The notes beneath the pieces are model-generated. The model searched no databases and was not told where the DNA came from. It worked only from the letters and a program-made list of their open reading frames with translations. The position numbers and the translations under genes are program-made. From Acidobacteriota bacterium (GTDB taxonomy: Bacteria; Acidobacteriota; Blastocatellia; RBC074): a stretch of DNA of 64,000 nt. This document shows, one piece after another, positions 54,231 to 64,000 of this stretch (the first letter of the stretch is position 1; each line of letters opens with the position of its first letter). The DNA lies in NCBI GenBank assembly GCA_037439425.1, contig JBBIWA010000023.1, positions 251-64,250 of the forward strand, given 5' to 3'.

Positions 54231-55802
54231 TCAAGAACTCTTTCGGTGAGCCGTTAACAAACGGTGATGGGCTCTCAGAGTGCGCGCCAGGATCTCGTCC
54301 AGGGAAACGCAGGCAAGCTCTGCGGCTTCTATCTTCAGTACCTCCATCACGCCTGGGCCATACGGATGCCAGCGTTCAGCGAAAAGCTCAGAACCGGAAC
54401 TGACAAAGATGGTCAGAGTGGGCACGCCTAAGGCTGCAGCCAGGTGTTGACCGGCGGAATCGTAGCCCAGGTACTGATCACTGCCAGCGATGAGGGCAGC
54501 GAAACCTCCTATTCCACCCTCCCAAGTGAGCAGCTCAGCCTGTATTGCCTCTGCTTCAAGCACTCGTGCCGCCCCTGGCTCATCTATCTCGATGACGGTT
54601 TGGCCCTGCTGCCTCAGCAACTCTATGATCCGATTGACTTGATCCCGTTCCGCTTGAGTGTCACCTTTATCTAGGATCACAGTGGCCTTGGCAAGCACAT
54701 CCCTCAGCAACCGCTCCTCGAAGGGATCAGGCAGTCGCTTGCGCAAATTGCCGCCGACCCCCAAACTGACGCTCACCAGAGCAGAAGCTCCGCCAGCTCG
54801 CAACCTTTGACAAATTCCCTGCCCCAGCTCGCGCTGCTCAGAAGTCAGCGCCAGGTAAGGGTGCACAATAGAGGCTGTCCCGAGCAGTTCATTCACCCAA
54901 TGCGCCGTCAATTGAGCAAGGCAGCTAGCTTCGGGATGGCGATAGCTGCGACTCTCAAAGAAGAGATAACCAGTATCATTCTTGACCAGGGGAAGCAGCC
55001 CCAGTTGTGTCAGCCGCGAGTCGGGATCAATGATCAACACCTCATCTGGCTGCAGAGGCTGCAGCTCACTCTGAACGATCCTGACGACTTCGAGCCAGCT
55101 TTTGAGCCGCGCCAGCACCCCTCCGCTGCGTTCGTATGATACTTCTCTAAATCTCACCCGCGGATCGCCGCCAAAGAGCTGGATCAGCTTACGCGAGCCA
55201 ATAAACACAAACTCCGCTTCGGGCAAGACCTCTTGAAATCGCTTCAGGATAACACTAGTCACTGCCACATCAGCGCCCAGTGTTATCCGAGATAGCAACA
55301 ACACCTTTTTGATCTTCTCCAGCTCCGCACCCAGCACGCCACGTGGCGGTCGAAGCCGGGCCTTGCGAGCGAGCAGGTCCTGTTCGCTGGAGAGACCAAA
55401 GTAGTGAAGTTCGGCATCAAGATCACCGGCTTCGGGCAGACGACGGTAGAAGTCTATTATCTGGGCAAAGAGAGAGTCATAAAGCGCGCAATAGTCCGGC
55501 TCGAAAGAATCATTTAATCTTTCGACCAGAGAAGGAAAGAGAGCCTCCAATCCTGCGCTAGCCAGTTCCTGCTCCTTGAGAGAGGTCAGCTCGCACAGCA
55601 ACGTGATGTCGTCTCTCAGATAGCTGCCAGTCTTGAGATAGTAGGAGAGGAAACTGGCGGCTGCTTCTAGAGCCAGGCTAGAAGCTATTTCAGCCTTCAA
55701 CGTCCCACTATCGCAATACCGCCTCAGTGTGGCCAGACGGCGCGCTGCCTCTTCTTTCATCAATGTTGCCTCTTGCTGCATCTCTTCTCGGCTCCGGGAC
55801 AC
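54231..55802 (-). CDS. Family 9 glycosyltransferase (heptosyltransferase-like) with a ~170-aa N-terminal extension.
   Basis: C-terminal half shows GT9 motifs (...LIAGSDQYLGYDSAGQHLAAALGVPTLTIF). Confidence 0.6.
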   Translation of the reverse strand: MSRSREEMQQEATLMKEEAARRLATLRRYCDSGTLKAEIASSLALEAAASFLSYYLKTGSYLRDDITLLCELTSLKEQELASAGLEALFPSLVERLNDSFEPDYCALYDSLFAQIIDFYRRLPEAGDLDAELHYFGLSSEQDLLARKARLRPPRGVLGAELEKIKKVLLLSRITLGADVAVTSVILKRFQEVLPEAEFVFIGSRKLIQLFGGDPRVRFREVSYERSGGVLARLKSWLEVVRIVQSELQPLQPDEVLIIDPDSRLTQLGLLPLVKNDTGYLFFESRSYRHPEASCLAQLTAHWVNELLGTASIVHPYLALTSEQRELGQGICQRLRAGGASALVSVSLGVGGNLRKRLPDPFEERLLRDVLAKATVILDKGDTQAERDQVNRIIELLRQQGQTVIEIDEPGAARVLEAEAIQAELLTWEGGIGGFAALIAGSDQYLGYDSAGQHLAAALGVPTLTIFVSSGSELFAERWHPYGPGVMEVLKIEAAELACVSLDEILARTLRAHHRLLTAHRKSS

Positions 55803-56070
55803 AGACTATAACACTTTCGGCAGCCAGGAGAAGGGGCTGAGAAAGGATCAGTCCCCCCGAAGGAGGAGAAACTTAGCAGAAAGGCAGGGGTTAACTGCGC
55901 TGCTCGCCTATCTTGACACTCACTAAACCTGTTGGTAGACTGCCAACCCTTCCCGCTAGGTTGCTCGCTACCTTTTATTGCTGTGCCCGGACGAAGCGAC
56001 AAGGTTGTGCTGGCAACTGTAGCTGGCTGCGTCGCTGTTTTAGGATAGCTCTTAAGGAGGATTCGTCTTC

Positions 56071-57315
56071 ATGCCTGTATTTAATGGGGTTGAGACGCCC
56101 AAGGATGGTCAACCGATCAGGATGCAGGAGGGCCAACTCAAGGTGCCGGATAATCCGATCATCCCTTTCATCGAAGGAGATGGCACCGGGCCTGACATCT
56201 GGCGTGCAGCGCAGCGTGTCTTCGATGCCGCCGTCGAGAAAGCATTCAATGGCAGGCGGCGCATCGTCTGGTACGAGATCTTTGCGGGCGAGAAAGCCTT
56301 CAAACACTTCAATGAGTGGTTGCCTAAGGGCACGCTCGATGCTATTCAGTACTTCGTGGTGGCAATCAAAGGGCCGCTGACCACACCGGTGGGTGGCGGC
56401 ATCCGCTCGCTCAACGTGACTCTGCGCCAGGCGCTGGACCTCTACGCCTGTGTTCGCCCAGTCCGCTATTTTCCTGGCGTCCCCTCACCGGTCAAACATC
56501 CGGAGCAGTTGGATGTGGTGATCTTCCGGGAGAACACTGAGGACGTCTATGCTGGAATCGAATTTCAGGAAGGCTCAGAGCGCGCCCGTAAACTGATTGA
56601 GTTCCTCAGTGATCTCGGCTGTGAGATCAATCCCGACTCCGGCATCGGCGTCAAGCCGATCTCGCTTAAGGCAACCCAGAACCTCGTCCGCCGAGCGATC
56701 CAATACGCTATTGCCAATAAGCGCAAGGTCGTGACCCTGGTTCACAAAGGCAATATCATGAAATTCACCGAAGGCGCTTTTCGCGATTGGGGCTACCAGT
56801 TGGCTAAGACAGAATTTCGCGATCAGATCGTGACCGAAGCTGAACTCAATGAGCAGCACGGGGGCAAAATGCCGGAGGGCAAAATCCTCATCAACGACCG
56901 CATCGCTGATTCCATGTTCCAGCAAGTGCTCCTTCGGCCAGCCGAGTATTCGGTCATTGCTACGCCGAACCTCAACGGCGATTATCTTTCGGACGCTTGC
57001 GCAGCGCAGGTTGGAGGACTGGGTATGGCTCCGGGCGCCAACATAGGCGACGCCGCTGCTATCTTCGAGGCCACGCACGGCACGGCGCCCAAATACGCTA
57101 ATCAGGATGTGGTCAACCCCTCATCGGTGATCTTATCGGGTGTGATGATGTTTGACTACCTGGGTTGGCCAGAAGCTGGACGACTGATTATCAACGGTCT
57201 CATCAAAACAATAGAACAAAAGCGCGTGACCTATGATCTGGCGCGTCAGATGGAGGGCGCGACCCAGGTCAAGACTAGCGAGTTTGCGAGTGCAATTATT
57301 GAGAACATGCTGTAG
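56071..57315 (+). CDS. icd: NADP-dependent isocitrate dehydrogenase.
   Basis: 414 aa. [14 protein letters not shown]...[27 protein letters not shown]. Confidence 0.9.
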   Translation: MPVFNGVETPKDGQPIRMQEGQLKVPDNPIIPFIEGDGTGPDIWRAAQRVFDAAVEKAFNGRRRIVWYEIFAGEKAFKHFNEWLPKGTLDAIQYFVVAIKGPLTTPVGGGIRSLNVTLRQALDLYACVRPVRYFPGVPSPVKHPEQLDVVIFRENTEDVYAGIEFQEGSERARKLIEFLSDLGCEINPDSGIGVKPISLKATQNLVRRAIQYAIANKRKVVTLVHKGNIMKFTEGAFRDWGYQLAKTEFRDQIVTEAELNEQHGGKMPEGKILINDRIADSMFQQVLLRPAEYSVIATPNLNGDYLSDACAAQVGGLGMAPGANIGDAAAIFEATHGTAPKYANQDVVNPSSVILSGVMMFDYLGWPEAGRLIINGLIKTIEQKRVTYDLARQMEGATQVKTSEFASAIIENML

Positions 57316-57335
57316 CCAGTAGTCGGTGGGTGTAG

Positions 57336-58328
<993 letters not shown>

Positions 58329-58423
58329 AGGCTGCTCATCACTGCTGGCTGATGCCTGTGACGCTCTAGTCTCTGCCAGTCTCTGATTGAAGCGCGCCTG
58401 GAATTATGATAGCGTGTTTTGGG

Positions 58424-58480
58424 CTGCCGCACTCTCGCCCCTGCGCGCAGGGCAGCGAGCTTGCGGCAGTCGCCTTTTTC
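58424..58480 (+). terminator. Candidate intrinsic terminator downstream of mdh.
   Basis: Nested palindromes ctgccgc...gccctgcgcgcagggc...gcggcag, followed by cgcctttttc. Confidence 0.4.
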
Positions 58481-58591
58481 AAGTTTAAGCACTAACCATC
58501 TGTCATTAGCGCCAAACTGCTGTGGGCTCAGTGCCGATAAGTTAAAGAGAACTTTCTGGCAAGCGGCCCTGAGGAGAGGAAAGGTAAAGCT

Positions 58592-59080
58592 GTGAGTGAG
58601 GAGAGAAAGCTAACTGGTAAAGAGAAGATTCTGGCTGAACTCCGTGCGCTCGAATACGAGCTGAATGTCGAACTGCCGCGTGTGCTGAGAATGGCCGCTG
58701 CGCTCGGCGATCTCTCGGAGAATGCCGAGTACAAATCAGCGCGCGAACGCCAGGACTTTGTGCGCGCCCGCGTGCGCCAGTTGCAGCAACAACTCGCCAG
58801 GCTGTCAAGTATTGATCTCAGCAAGTTGCCGCGCGATCGCGCTTCTTATGGCTCGACCGTCATCTTGCGCGATGTTGAGCGGGGCACCGAAGTAACCTAT
58901 CGCCTCGTCACTCCTGAAGAAGCAGACCCTGAGCAAGGCCTGATCTCTACCACCTCACCCATCGGCAGGAGTTTGCTCAATAAGGAAGAAGGCGATCGCG
59001 TCAAGGTTCAGGCCCCGTCGGGGGTGCGCACGTTCGAGGTGATTAAACTCACAACCATTCACGGCGATCCTAATGAGTGA
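58592..59080 (+). CDS. greA: Transcription elongation factor GreA.
   Basis: N-terminal coiled-coil with [11 protein letters not shown]-terminal FKBP-like domain. 162 aa, GTG start. Confidence 0.85.
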   Translation: MSEERKLTGKEKILAELRALEYELNVELPRVLRMAAALGDLSENAEYKSARERQDFVRARVRQLQQQLARLSSIDLSKLPRDRASYGSTVILRDVERGTEVTYRLVTPEEADPEQGLISTTSPIGRSLLNKEEGDRVKVQAPSGVRTFEVIKLTTIHGDPNE

Positions 59081-59116
59081 GGAGGGGCTGGCTCACCGCA
59101 GCCACTTCCCTCTGGC

Positions 59117-60518
59117 CACTGGTGGCAGCAATTCCTGCTCAGCCGGATACAGCCGTAAATAGTTGAATGAGACAAAAGAATTTCTGCGCTTGAACCTCTG
59201 AGAGGTCCTGAAGTAAGCGCGTGAGAGGTGAAAAGTATTAAACTCCCGCCCTCAGACCAATCAAGAGTTTAACTTTTGAAGCTTTTCGAGATTTGCTCAC
59301 CCTGAAGTCTTCAAGCGAGTCTTTGAGAGTAGTGAGCGCGAGACCGCTTTCGCAGTGGCTGGGGTGGCACTTCAGCACATTCTTCTTTCAACACCCGAGC
59401 TTGCTGGCGGTTCAGCGAGGGATGAAGAACGAAGCTGGGCGAGCGGGAGCTGGAACAAGTCTTTGAGGTAGAGTAGATAGCGTCCAATACGCAGATGCGA
59501 GGGAGCTTGGACGTGGTACCGACCGGGTCTTTGCGGAGCTCTGGCCTGAGGTCTTAGAGCGGACAGCTGCGAGTCGGATGGAGTGTGCAGTTTGTGACCG
59601 GGTGGGGAGAAGTATTAACTGGTCGCTTTCGAGGGAAGTGAATATTTTCATTCGAGGAAGATCGACTCTGCTGGGAGTTTGAGGCGCAAGGGCAAGGACG
59701 GCGAGATGCATTATTCACACGTAGTGGTCGCGCGCGACAATAGGCGCGCGCCTGCAGCCCGGACACTTTGCCGCAAGAGGCCACGGCCTTGCGCCGTGGA
59801 GTCTCACGATCCTGGCTACCAAATTCGCAATTCGCAATTCGCAATCCGAAATTCAAAGTGGAGTCTCACGATCCTGGCTACTGTAACCGCGGATTAAGAG
59901 CGTTTAGGAAAAAACGTCGATGTTAGCCACAAACGTGAAACTCCACGGCGCAAGGCCGTGGCATCTCAAATGAGCCTGCCCGCCTGTGTAGCCAGAAACG
60001 TGAAACTCCACGGCGCAAGGCCGTGGCCTCTCAAAATGATCCTGCCCGTGTGTGTAGCCACAAACGTGAAACTCCACGGCGCAAGGCCGTGGCATCTCAA
60101 ATGAGCCTGCCCGCCTGTGTAGCCACAAACGTGAAACTCCACGGCGCAAGGTGATCTATCACAATTCGTGGCTGATGGACTTTGAAGTGACCCGAGAGAA
60201 TGCAGCTCAGATCATAGGGCCTTCACGTTCTCGAATCGAGAAGCCTTCTATTCAAAGTCCACAAGAAGCACGGCTATGAATGGAAACACAACTCTTGGTC
60301 ACTTCCCTGCCCCAAGCTCTCAATGGTCTTTTCAATCAGCGTTACCGGAGCCCACTTGCAGGCAAACAAGCTTCCTCGAAGCTCGGCGGCGGTATCAGGC
60401 TGCCGTTATGGTCTACAATATTCCGCGATCAATACGTCATCTGACTCAATGAGGCACCTGCGGCGGCACACTCTGTGCCCCTCGTTTCCCGCTTGAGCAG
60501 GAATTGTTGCTCTCGACC
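59117..60518 (+). mobile_element. Copy 3 of the composite repeat element. Same architecture as copy 2, with no clear target-site duplication.
   Basis: TIR cagcaattcctgctcagc at 59126-59143 versus rc of gcttgagcaggaattgttg at 60491-60509. 59185-59776 is homologous to 35215-35830. Arrays 59777-60150, tail and end module 60150-60509. Confidence 0.65.
59777..60150 (+). repeat. Hairpin-repeat arrays of copy 3: about 1.5 A-type units forward, then 4 B-type units inverted. Inter-core segments tcaaatgagcctgcccgcctgt (twice) and tcaaaatgatcctgcccgtgtgt.
   Basis: Direct reading. Confidence 0.85.
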
Positions 60519-60806
60519 TGGCCAGCTTCATTGAGAACGACCATCACGGTAATATCTTTGTGAACCTCCCTGCCCACATACTTGACAGGTTTTATAGGAC
60601 GCCCCCTTAATTTCGTAATCTGGGTTTGGTTACCCCAAGATTACTCTAAGCGGGGCGTCCTTTCATATTACGTGCTAGAGACTTCAGGAGGGGGAATAGA
60701 AACAGAAACTCCTCCTCTTGCGGCGCTGCCTTAAGTTGCTGCAGCCGGTTGAAGGAACTTCGCTTAGTGTGGAGACACTCCGAGGATATACCCTGCGAAG
60801 GGGAAG

Positions 60807-61028
60807 TTAGCCTTTCTTAGCCTCTTCCATCTTCTTTCTCAGGCTGAGTGGTCTCATATCGGTCCATACTTCCTTGATATAGGCCAGGCACTCTTCTTTA
60901 GTGCCAACTTTACCCACATCTCGCCAGCCCAGCGCATTCTCCCGGTCAGCTGGCCAGATGGAGTATTGTTCCTCGTGATTGACTACCACTTTATAAATAG
61001 TCTTGTCTTCCTTTTCGTCTCTATTCAT
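60807..61028 (-). CDS. MbtH-like protein (73 aa).
   Basis: [64 protein letters not shown] matches the MbtH signature (NxEQYSxWP...W...G...ECL.YI...WTDMRP). Confidence 0.75.
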   Translation of the reverse strand: MNRDEKEDKTIYKVVVNHEEQYSIWPADRENALGWRDVGKVGTKEECLAYIKEVWTDMRPLSLRKKMEEAKKG

Positions 61029-61159
61029 TGTTCCTCCAAGAGGCGGTCTCTTTTTGAAAATAGAACGAATCAAGCTGATTTCCCAGGGTGCGAGAGAAAG
61101 GCGCGCTCGTCTTGCTTTCGCCGTTGGCCCTGATGCTGAGCGACATTCTTCATCCAGTA

Positions 61160-62353
61160 TCAAAACTGAAGTTCACAAAACCTTCGATATAAATGGCGCA
61201 AATTCTCGCGCGGGTTCAAATAAAAATCAGCGGCCTTGATCTCTATCCAACTGAAATCATCAGGCTGCTTGCTTCGCTCGGCCCCTACCCATTGTCTGAT
61301 TTCAGCCAGCGCCGGCTTGGCTGTATAGTCGTTATGCCAGAGGCCGAAATAACGCTCATGCGTCGCTTCGTCTAATGGTGGTTCGCGCCACAGCGCGCTA
61401 GCGTAGTCACCATAACACCATAGCATCGCGCCGAGAAATCCAAATTGGTGCAGCAGGCTAAGTGCGCGACGGATGAAGGATGCCGCTTCATCTTCTTCAA
61501 GTAAGCTGACCGGCCCGGCTACTGGCTCCAATGCCTCTGTTCTCCTGTGAGGAGAAATGGCTGGCACGCCAAATTCTTCAAACAACACATCCCGGCCACC
61601 AAGCCAGCGTGTGACTAACCCCAGAAATGGTAGCAGCTTTGCATCAGCCGGCCCTTCGGCCCACCGAGCATAGATCGGGTATCCGTGCATAGAGAGAAAA
61701 TCACATACCCGCGCCGCCTCGGTTGGTCCTAATCGCCGGTCTTCTTCCAGGTCTTCCATGTGCAACCCGATGGTGATTGGGGAGGAGGAGTCCACTGACC
61801 TGATTTCTCCGGCGATGCGCTCTAACCAAGCGATGGCTGCGGCGCGCGAAGGCGGCACGACGCAGTTAGAGTTTTCATTGCCCAGATCGTAAGCCCACAG
61901 CGCTGGATGGTCTCGCAGCACAGCAGCGACCTCGTGGGCGAGACGAGCCTGGGCGTCAATGATATTCTGATCGTTATACCAATTCTTCAACCTCGCGCGG
62001 CGGACCTGGCCGCTGGCGAAGACGCGGAAACGTTCTGGCGCGTCACCTGCCTCAAGCGCCCACTCCGGAATCCAGTTGACACCGCTCATATGGCCAGTGA
62101 ACAGCGTTGGTATGAGTGACAACTCGTGGCGCGCTGCCAGGTCGGCCACGCTGAGGAGCCGCTTGAGCATCTCCGGCGCTATCTGGTGTGGCTCAGGCTG
62201 GAAGTCTTCCCAGAGCAGAAAAATGCGCACACTATCAAAGCCAGCAGCGCGAATGCGCGCAAAGTCCAGCTCGACCTCTTCGAGATCGAAGTGGCGCCAC
62301 CAGTACATGGCGCTCGTCACCGGCCAGTAATTGATGCCCAGTCGAAACTTCAT
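61160..62353 (-). CDS. Glycoside hydrolase family 5-like TIM-barrel enzyme (mannanase/cellulase superfamily).
   Basis: GINYWP...[23 protein letters not shown]..., acid/base motif YDLGNENSN (NEP-type). Confidence 0.6.
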   Translation of the reverse strand: MKFRLGINYWPVTSAMYWWRHFDLEEVELDFARIRAAGFDSVRIFLLWEDFQPEPHQIAPEMLKRLLSVADLAARHELSLIPTLFTGHMSGVNWIPEWALEAGDAPERFRVFASGQVRRARLKNWYNDQNIIDAQARLAHEVAAVLRDHPALWAYDLGNENSNCVVPPSRAAAIAWLERIAGEIRSVDSSSPITIGLHMEDLEEDRRLGPTEAARVCDFLSMHGYPIYARWAEGPADAKLLPFLGLVTRWLGGRDVLFEEFGVPAISPHRRTEALEPVAGPVSLLEEDEAASFIRRALSLLHQFGFLGAMLWCYGDYASALWREPPLDEATHERYFGLWHNDYTAKPALAEIRQWVGAERSKQPDDFSWIEIKAADFYLNPRENLRHLYRRFCELQF

Positions 62354-62365
62354 GCCTCTACTGTT

Positions 62366-63745
62366 TCAACTGAGGCGTGCCTCGTAGTCTTGCAATCGCA
62401 CGACATCGTCCTCACCGAGATAATCGCCGCGCTGGATCTCGATAAAGACGAGCTTTTCGCCTCCGGGGTTTTCGATGTGATGAGCGGCGCCGATGGGGAC
62501 ATCAACCGTCTCACCTGCCCGAAGCGTGATTTCGCGGCCATCAAGCGTGACCTTCCCCACGCCCTGCACTACCATCCAGTGCCTAGCGCGCTGTGCGTTC
62601 TTCTGATAGCTGAGCTGTTTCCCAGGTAAGACTTCGATGCGCTTGACTTTGTAGCCGGTAGCTTCATCGAGCACGGTGAAACTGCCCCACGGGTGCTGAT
62701 CACAATGCGGGGAGGTAGTCGCTGCTTTGCTCTTCTCCATCTCTAATACCTCCCTGTAGACTTTGAGGTAACTCTCAACCATCCGGCCACAACTAAAATG
62801 TTCGGCAACATGTTGGCGGATCCGCGCGCGATCAAGTTCCCCAACCAGCCGGACTGCTTCGGCTGCTTCTGAGACACTGTTGACGAGAAATCCGGTCACG
62901 CCCTTCCTGACAATCTCTGGCACGGAGCCGCGACTGTGCGCGATGACCGGCGTGCCGCAAGCCATGGCTTCTATCATGCTCAGCCCGAAGGGCTCATCGA
63001 AGTTGATCAGATGGAGCAAGGCCAGAGCACCGCCCAGTAACTCATTACGCTGGTCAGGCCCGACCGAGCCAAGATAACGGATACGATCGCCGTCTGTGTG
63101 CGGAGCTACTTCGCGCTCGAAGTAATGCTGGTCTTGAATGATTCCCACAATGAGCAGTCGCAACCTGCTCCGCCGCGCCACTTCTATTGCCTCGGCTACT
63201 CCTTTATCAGGATGGATGCGTCCAAAGAAGAGCAAATAATCCCCGTGCTCGCGCCGCAGCGTGAATTCTTCCAGTGGGATGCCGTGATAGATCGTGGCTA
63301 TGTAGTTGAGACGCGGATGGCGGTCGGCATTGCTGATCGCTACGTAATAAACGCGCCCATTGTACTTCTCATAGACTGGCACAATCCGCTCGGAGGAAAA
63401 CCCGTGGATGGTGGTCAGCACAGGTGTGCGTACCAAGGCGCTGTAGGAGAGAGGGAGAAAGTCAAAATGATTGTGGATTAGATCAAATTCATCAGCGCGC
63501 TCAAAAACGGCCGAGATATGCAGGCACTCCCAGACCTTCGGGTCAAGACTCGGATCTTCAGAGTAAGGACGAGGGCAGACTGAAACCAGCCGCGCGCGCG
63601 AGACCGAATCAGCTGTGGCGAACAGGGTCACGTCAACGCCGCGCGCCACCAGCCCCTCTGTCAGCAGCGAGACCACACGCTCCCACGGCCCATAGTGCCG
63701 CGGCGGCACGCGCCAAGAGATAGGAGCAAGCATGGCGATGCGCAT
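62366..63745 (-). CDS. Fusion of a GT4 (group 1) glycosyltransferase with a C-terminal type II phosphomannose-isomerase-type cupin domain.
   Basis: N-terminal GT-B with the EPFGLSMIEAMACGTPVIA motif. C-terminal WGSFTVLDEATGYKVKRIEVLPGKQLSYQKNAQRARHWMVVQG...YLGEDDVVRL matches the ManC C-terminal cupin. Confidence 0.7.
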   Translation of the reverse strand: MRIAMLAPISWRVPPRHYGPWERVVSLLTEGLVARGVDVTLFATADSVSRARLVSVCPRPYSEDPSLDPKVWECLHISAVFERADEFDLIHNHFDFLPLSYSALVRTPVLTTIHGFSSERIVPVYEKYNGRVYYVAISNADRHPRLNYIATIYHGIPLEEFTLRREHGDYLLFFGRIHPDKGVAEAIEVARRSRLRLLIVGIIQDQHYFEREVAPHTDGDRIRYLGSVGPDQRNELLGGALALLHLINFDEPFGLSMIEAMACGTPVIAHSRGSVPEIVRKGVTGFLVNSVSEAAEAVRLVGELDRARIRQHVAEHFSCGRMVESYLKVYREVLEMEKSKAATTSPHCDQHPWGSFTVLDEATGYKVKRIEVLPGKQLSYQKNAQRARHWMVVQGVGKVTLDGREITLRAGETVDVPIGAAHHIENPGGEKLVFIEIQRGDYLGEDDVVRLQDYEARLS

Positions 63746-63837
63746 CGGTTAGCCTCAGGCGAGATCACGAAGATCTCATCCCACAGTCTGATAGTTCGAG
63801 GTAGTCTCTTGCCTGGTTGCAGCCGCTGCTGCAGGGA

Positions 63838-64000
63838 TTACGCTACTCGATGCTCTTTTTTGGATTTGAGCCAATCGAGCAATTCATTGACATTGCCAGT
63901 GGCGAGTGCGATCGCAGTATCGGCCGCGCCATAGTAAAGACGCAAATCTCCACTCTGCGGGTCGTGAATCACACCACAAGGGAAGACTACATCTCCTACA
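63838..64000 (-). CDS. C-terminal end of a GH130-family glycoside phosphorylase (beta-mannoside phosphorylase-like). Partial; continues beyond the window.
   Basis: Minus-strand translation of the window end: VGDVVFPCGVIHDPQSGDLRLYYGAADTAIALATGNVNELLDWL, the GH130 C-terminal signature. Stop at 63838-63840. Confidence 0.5.
   Translation of the reverse strand, partial: VGDVVFPCGVIHDPQSGDLRLYYGAADTAIALATGNVNELLDWLKSKKEHRVA

Overview
High-GC (~60%) bacterial chromosomal segment with a mosaic of housekeeping genes, accessory genes, decayed mobile DNA and pseudogenes. Main blocks, left to right:
- 1-642: partial inverted copy of a TIR-bounded composite repeat element carrying a CRISPR-like 66-bp hairpin array. 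A DDE transposase remnant and a truncated FtsX permease fragment follow.
- 2.2-16.6 kb, predicted light-response supercluster: FtsX permease, two SRPBCC proteins, a B12-binding MerR (CarH/LitR-type) regulator, an in-frame GTP cyclohydrolase II-lipocalin ORF, a perfect divergent sigma70 promoter pair, a fasciclin protein, a class II CPD photolyase, and a tightly overlapping carotenoid operon (crtB, crtI, alpha/beta hydrolase, crtE, GT2 CruC-like, crtD-like, CruF-like membrane protein).
- 17.4-22.9 kb, non-canonical Hsp70 module: GrpE, a short Hsp70 with an in-frame TGA, an 807-aa TPR protein and a J-like protein whose HPD motif reads HPP.
- 22.9-34.9 kb: gmhA, an M48-like/FHA fusion, an APC permease, a DUF4387-like protein, a stand-alone ClpB-D2-like AAA+ protein, a nanE pseudogene, DUF4127 and GntR.
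- 35.16-36.5 kb: full copy 2 of the composite element with a perfect 9-bp target-site duplication, followed by rpsT and a frameshifted ISL3 IS.
- 38.7-42.2 kb: a transglutaminase-like/TPR SirB1-type protein, a hydroxyproline/proline catabolism pair (PRODH plus a Cys/Thr proline-racemase-family dehydratase) and an isochorismatase.
- 42.2-49.2 kb: glmS interrupted by a 508-aa LAGLIDADG intein, a zinc-ribbon membrane protein, glmU, yvcK and a ferredoxin.
- 49.8-58.3 kb: a small hypothetical protein, a PD40 beta-propeller protein, a retropepsin-PDZ lipoprotein, GT9, icd and mdh.
- 58.6-64 kb: greA, copy 3 of the composite element, then an orphan MbtH-like gene next to a GH5 / GT4-cupin fusion / GH130 mannoside-type locus.
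No tRNA or rRNA was recognised, and no true CRISPR-cas locus.
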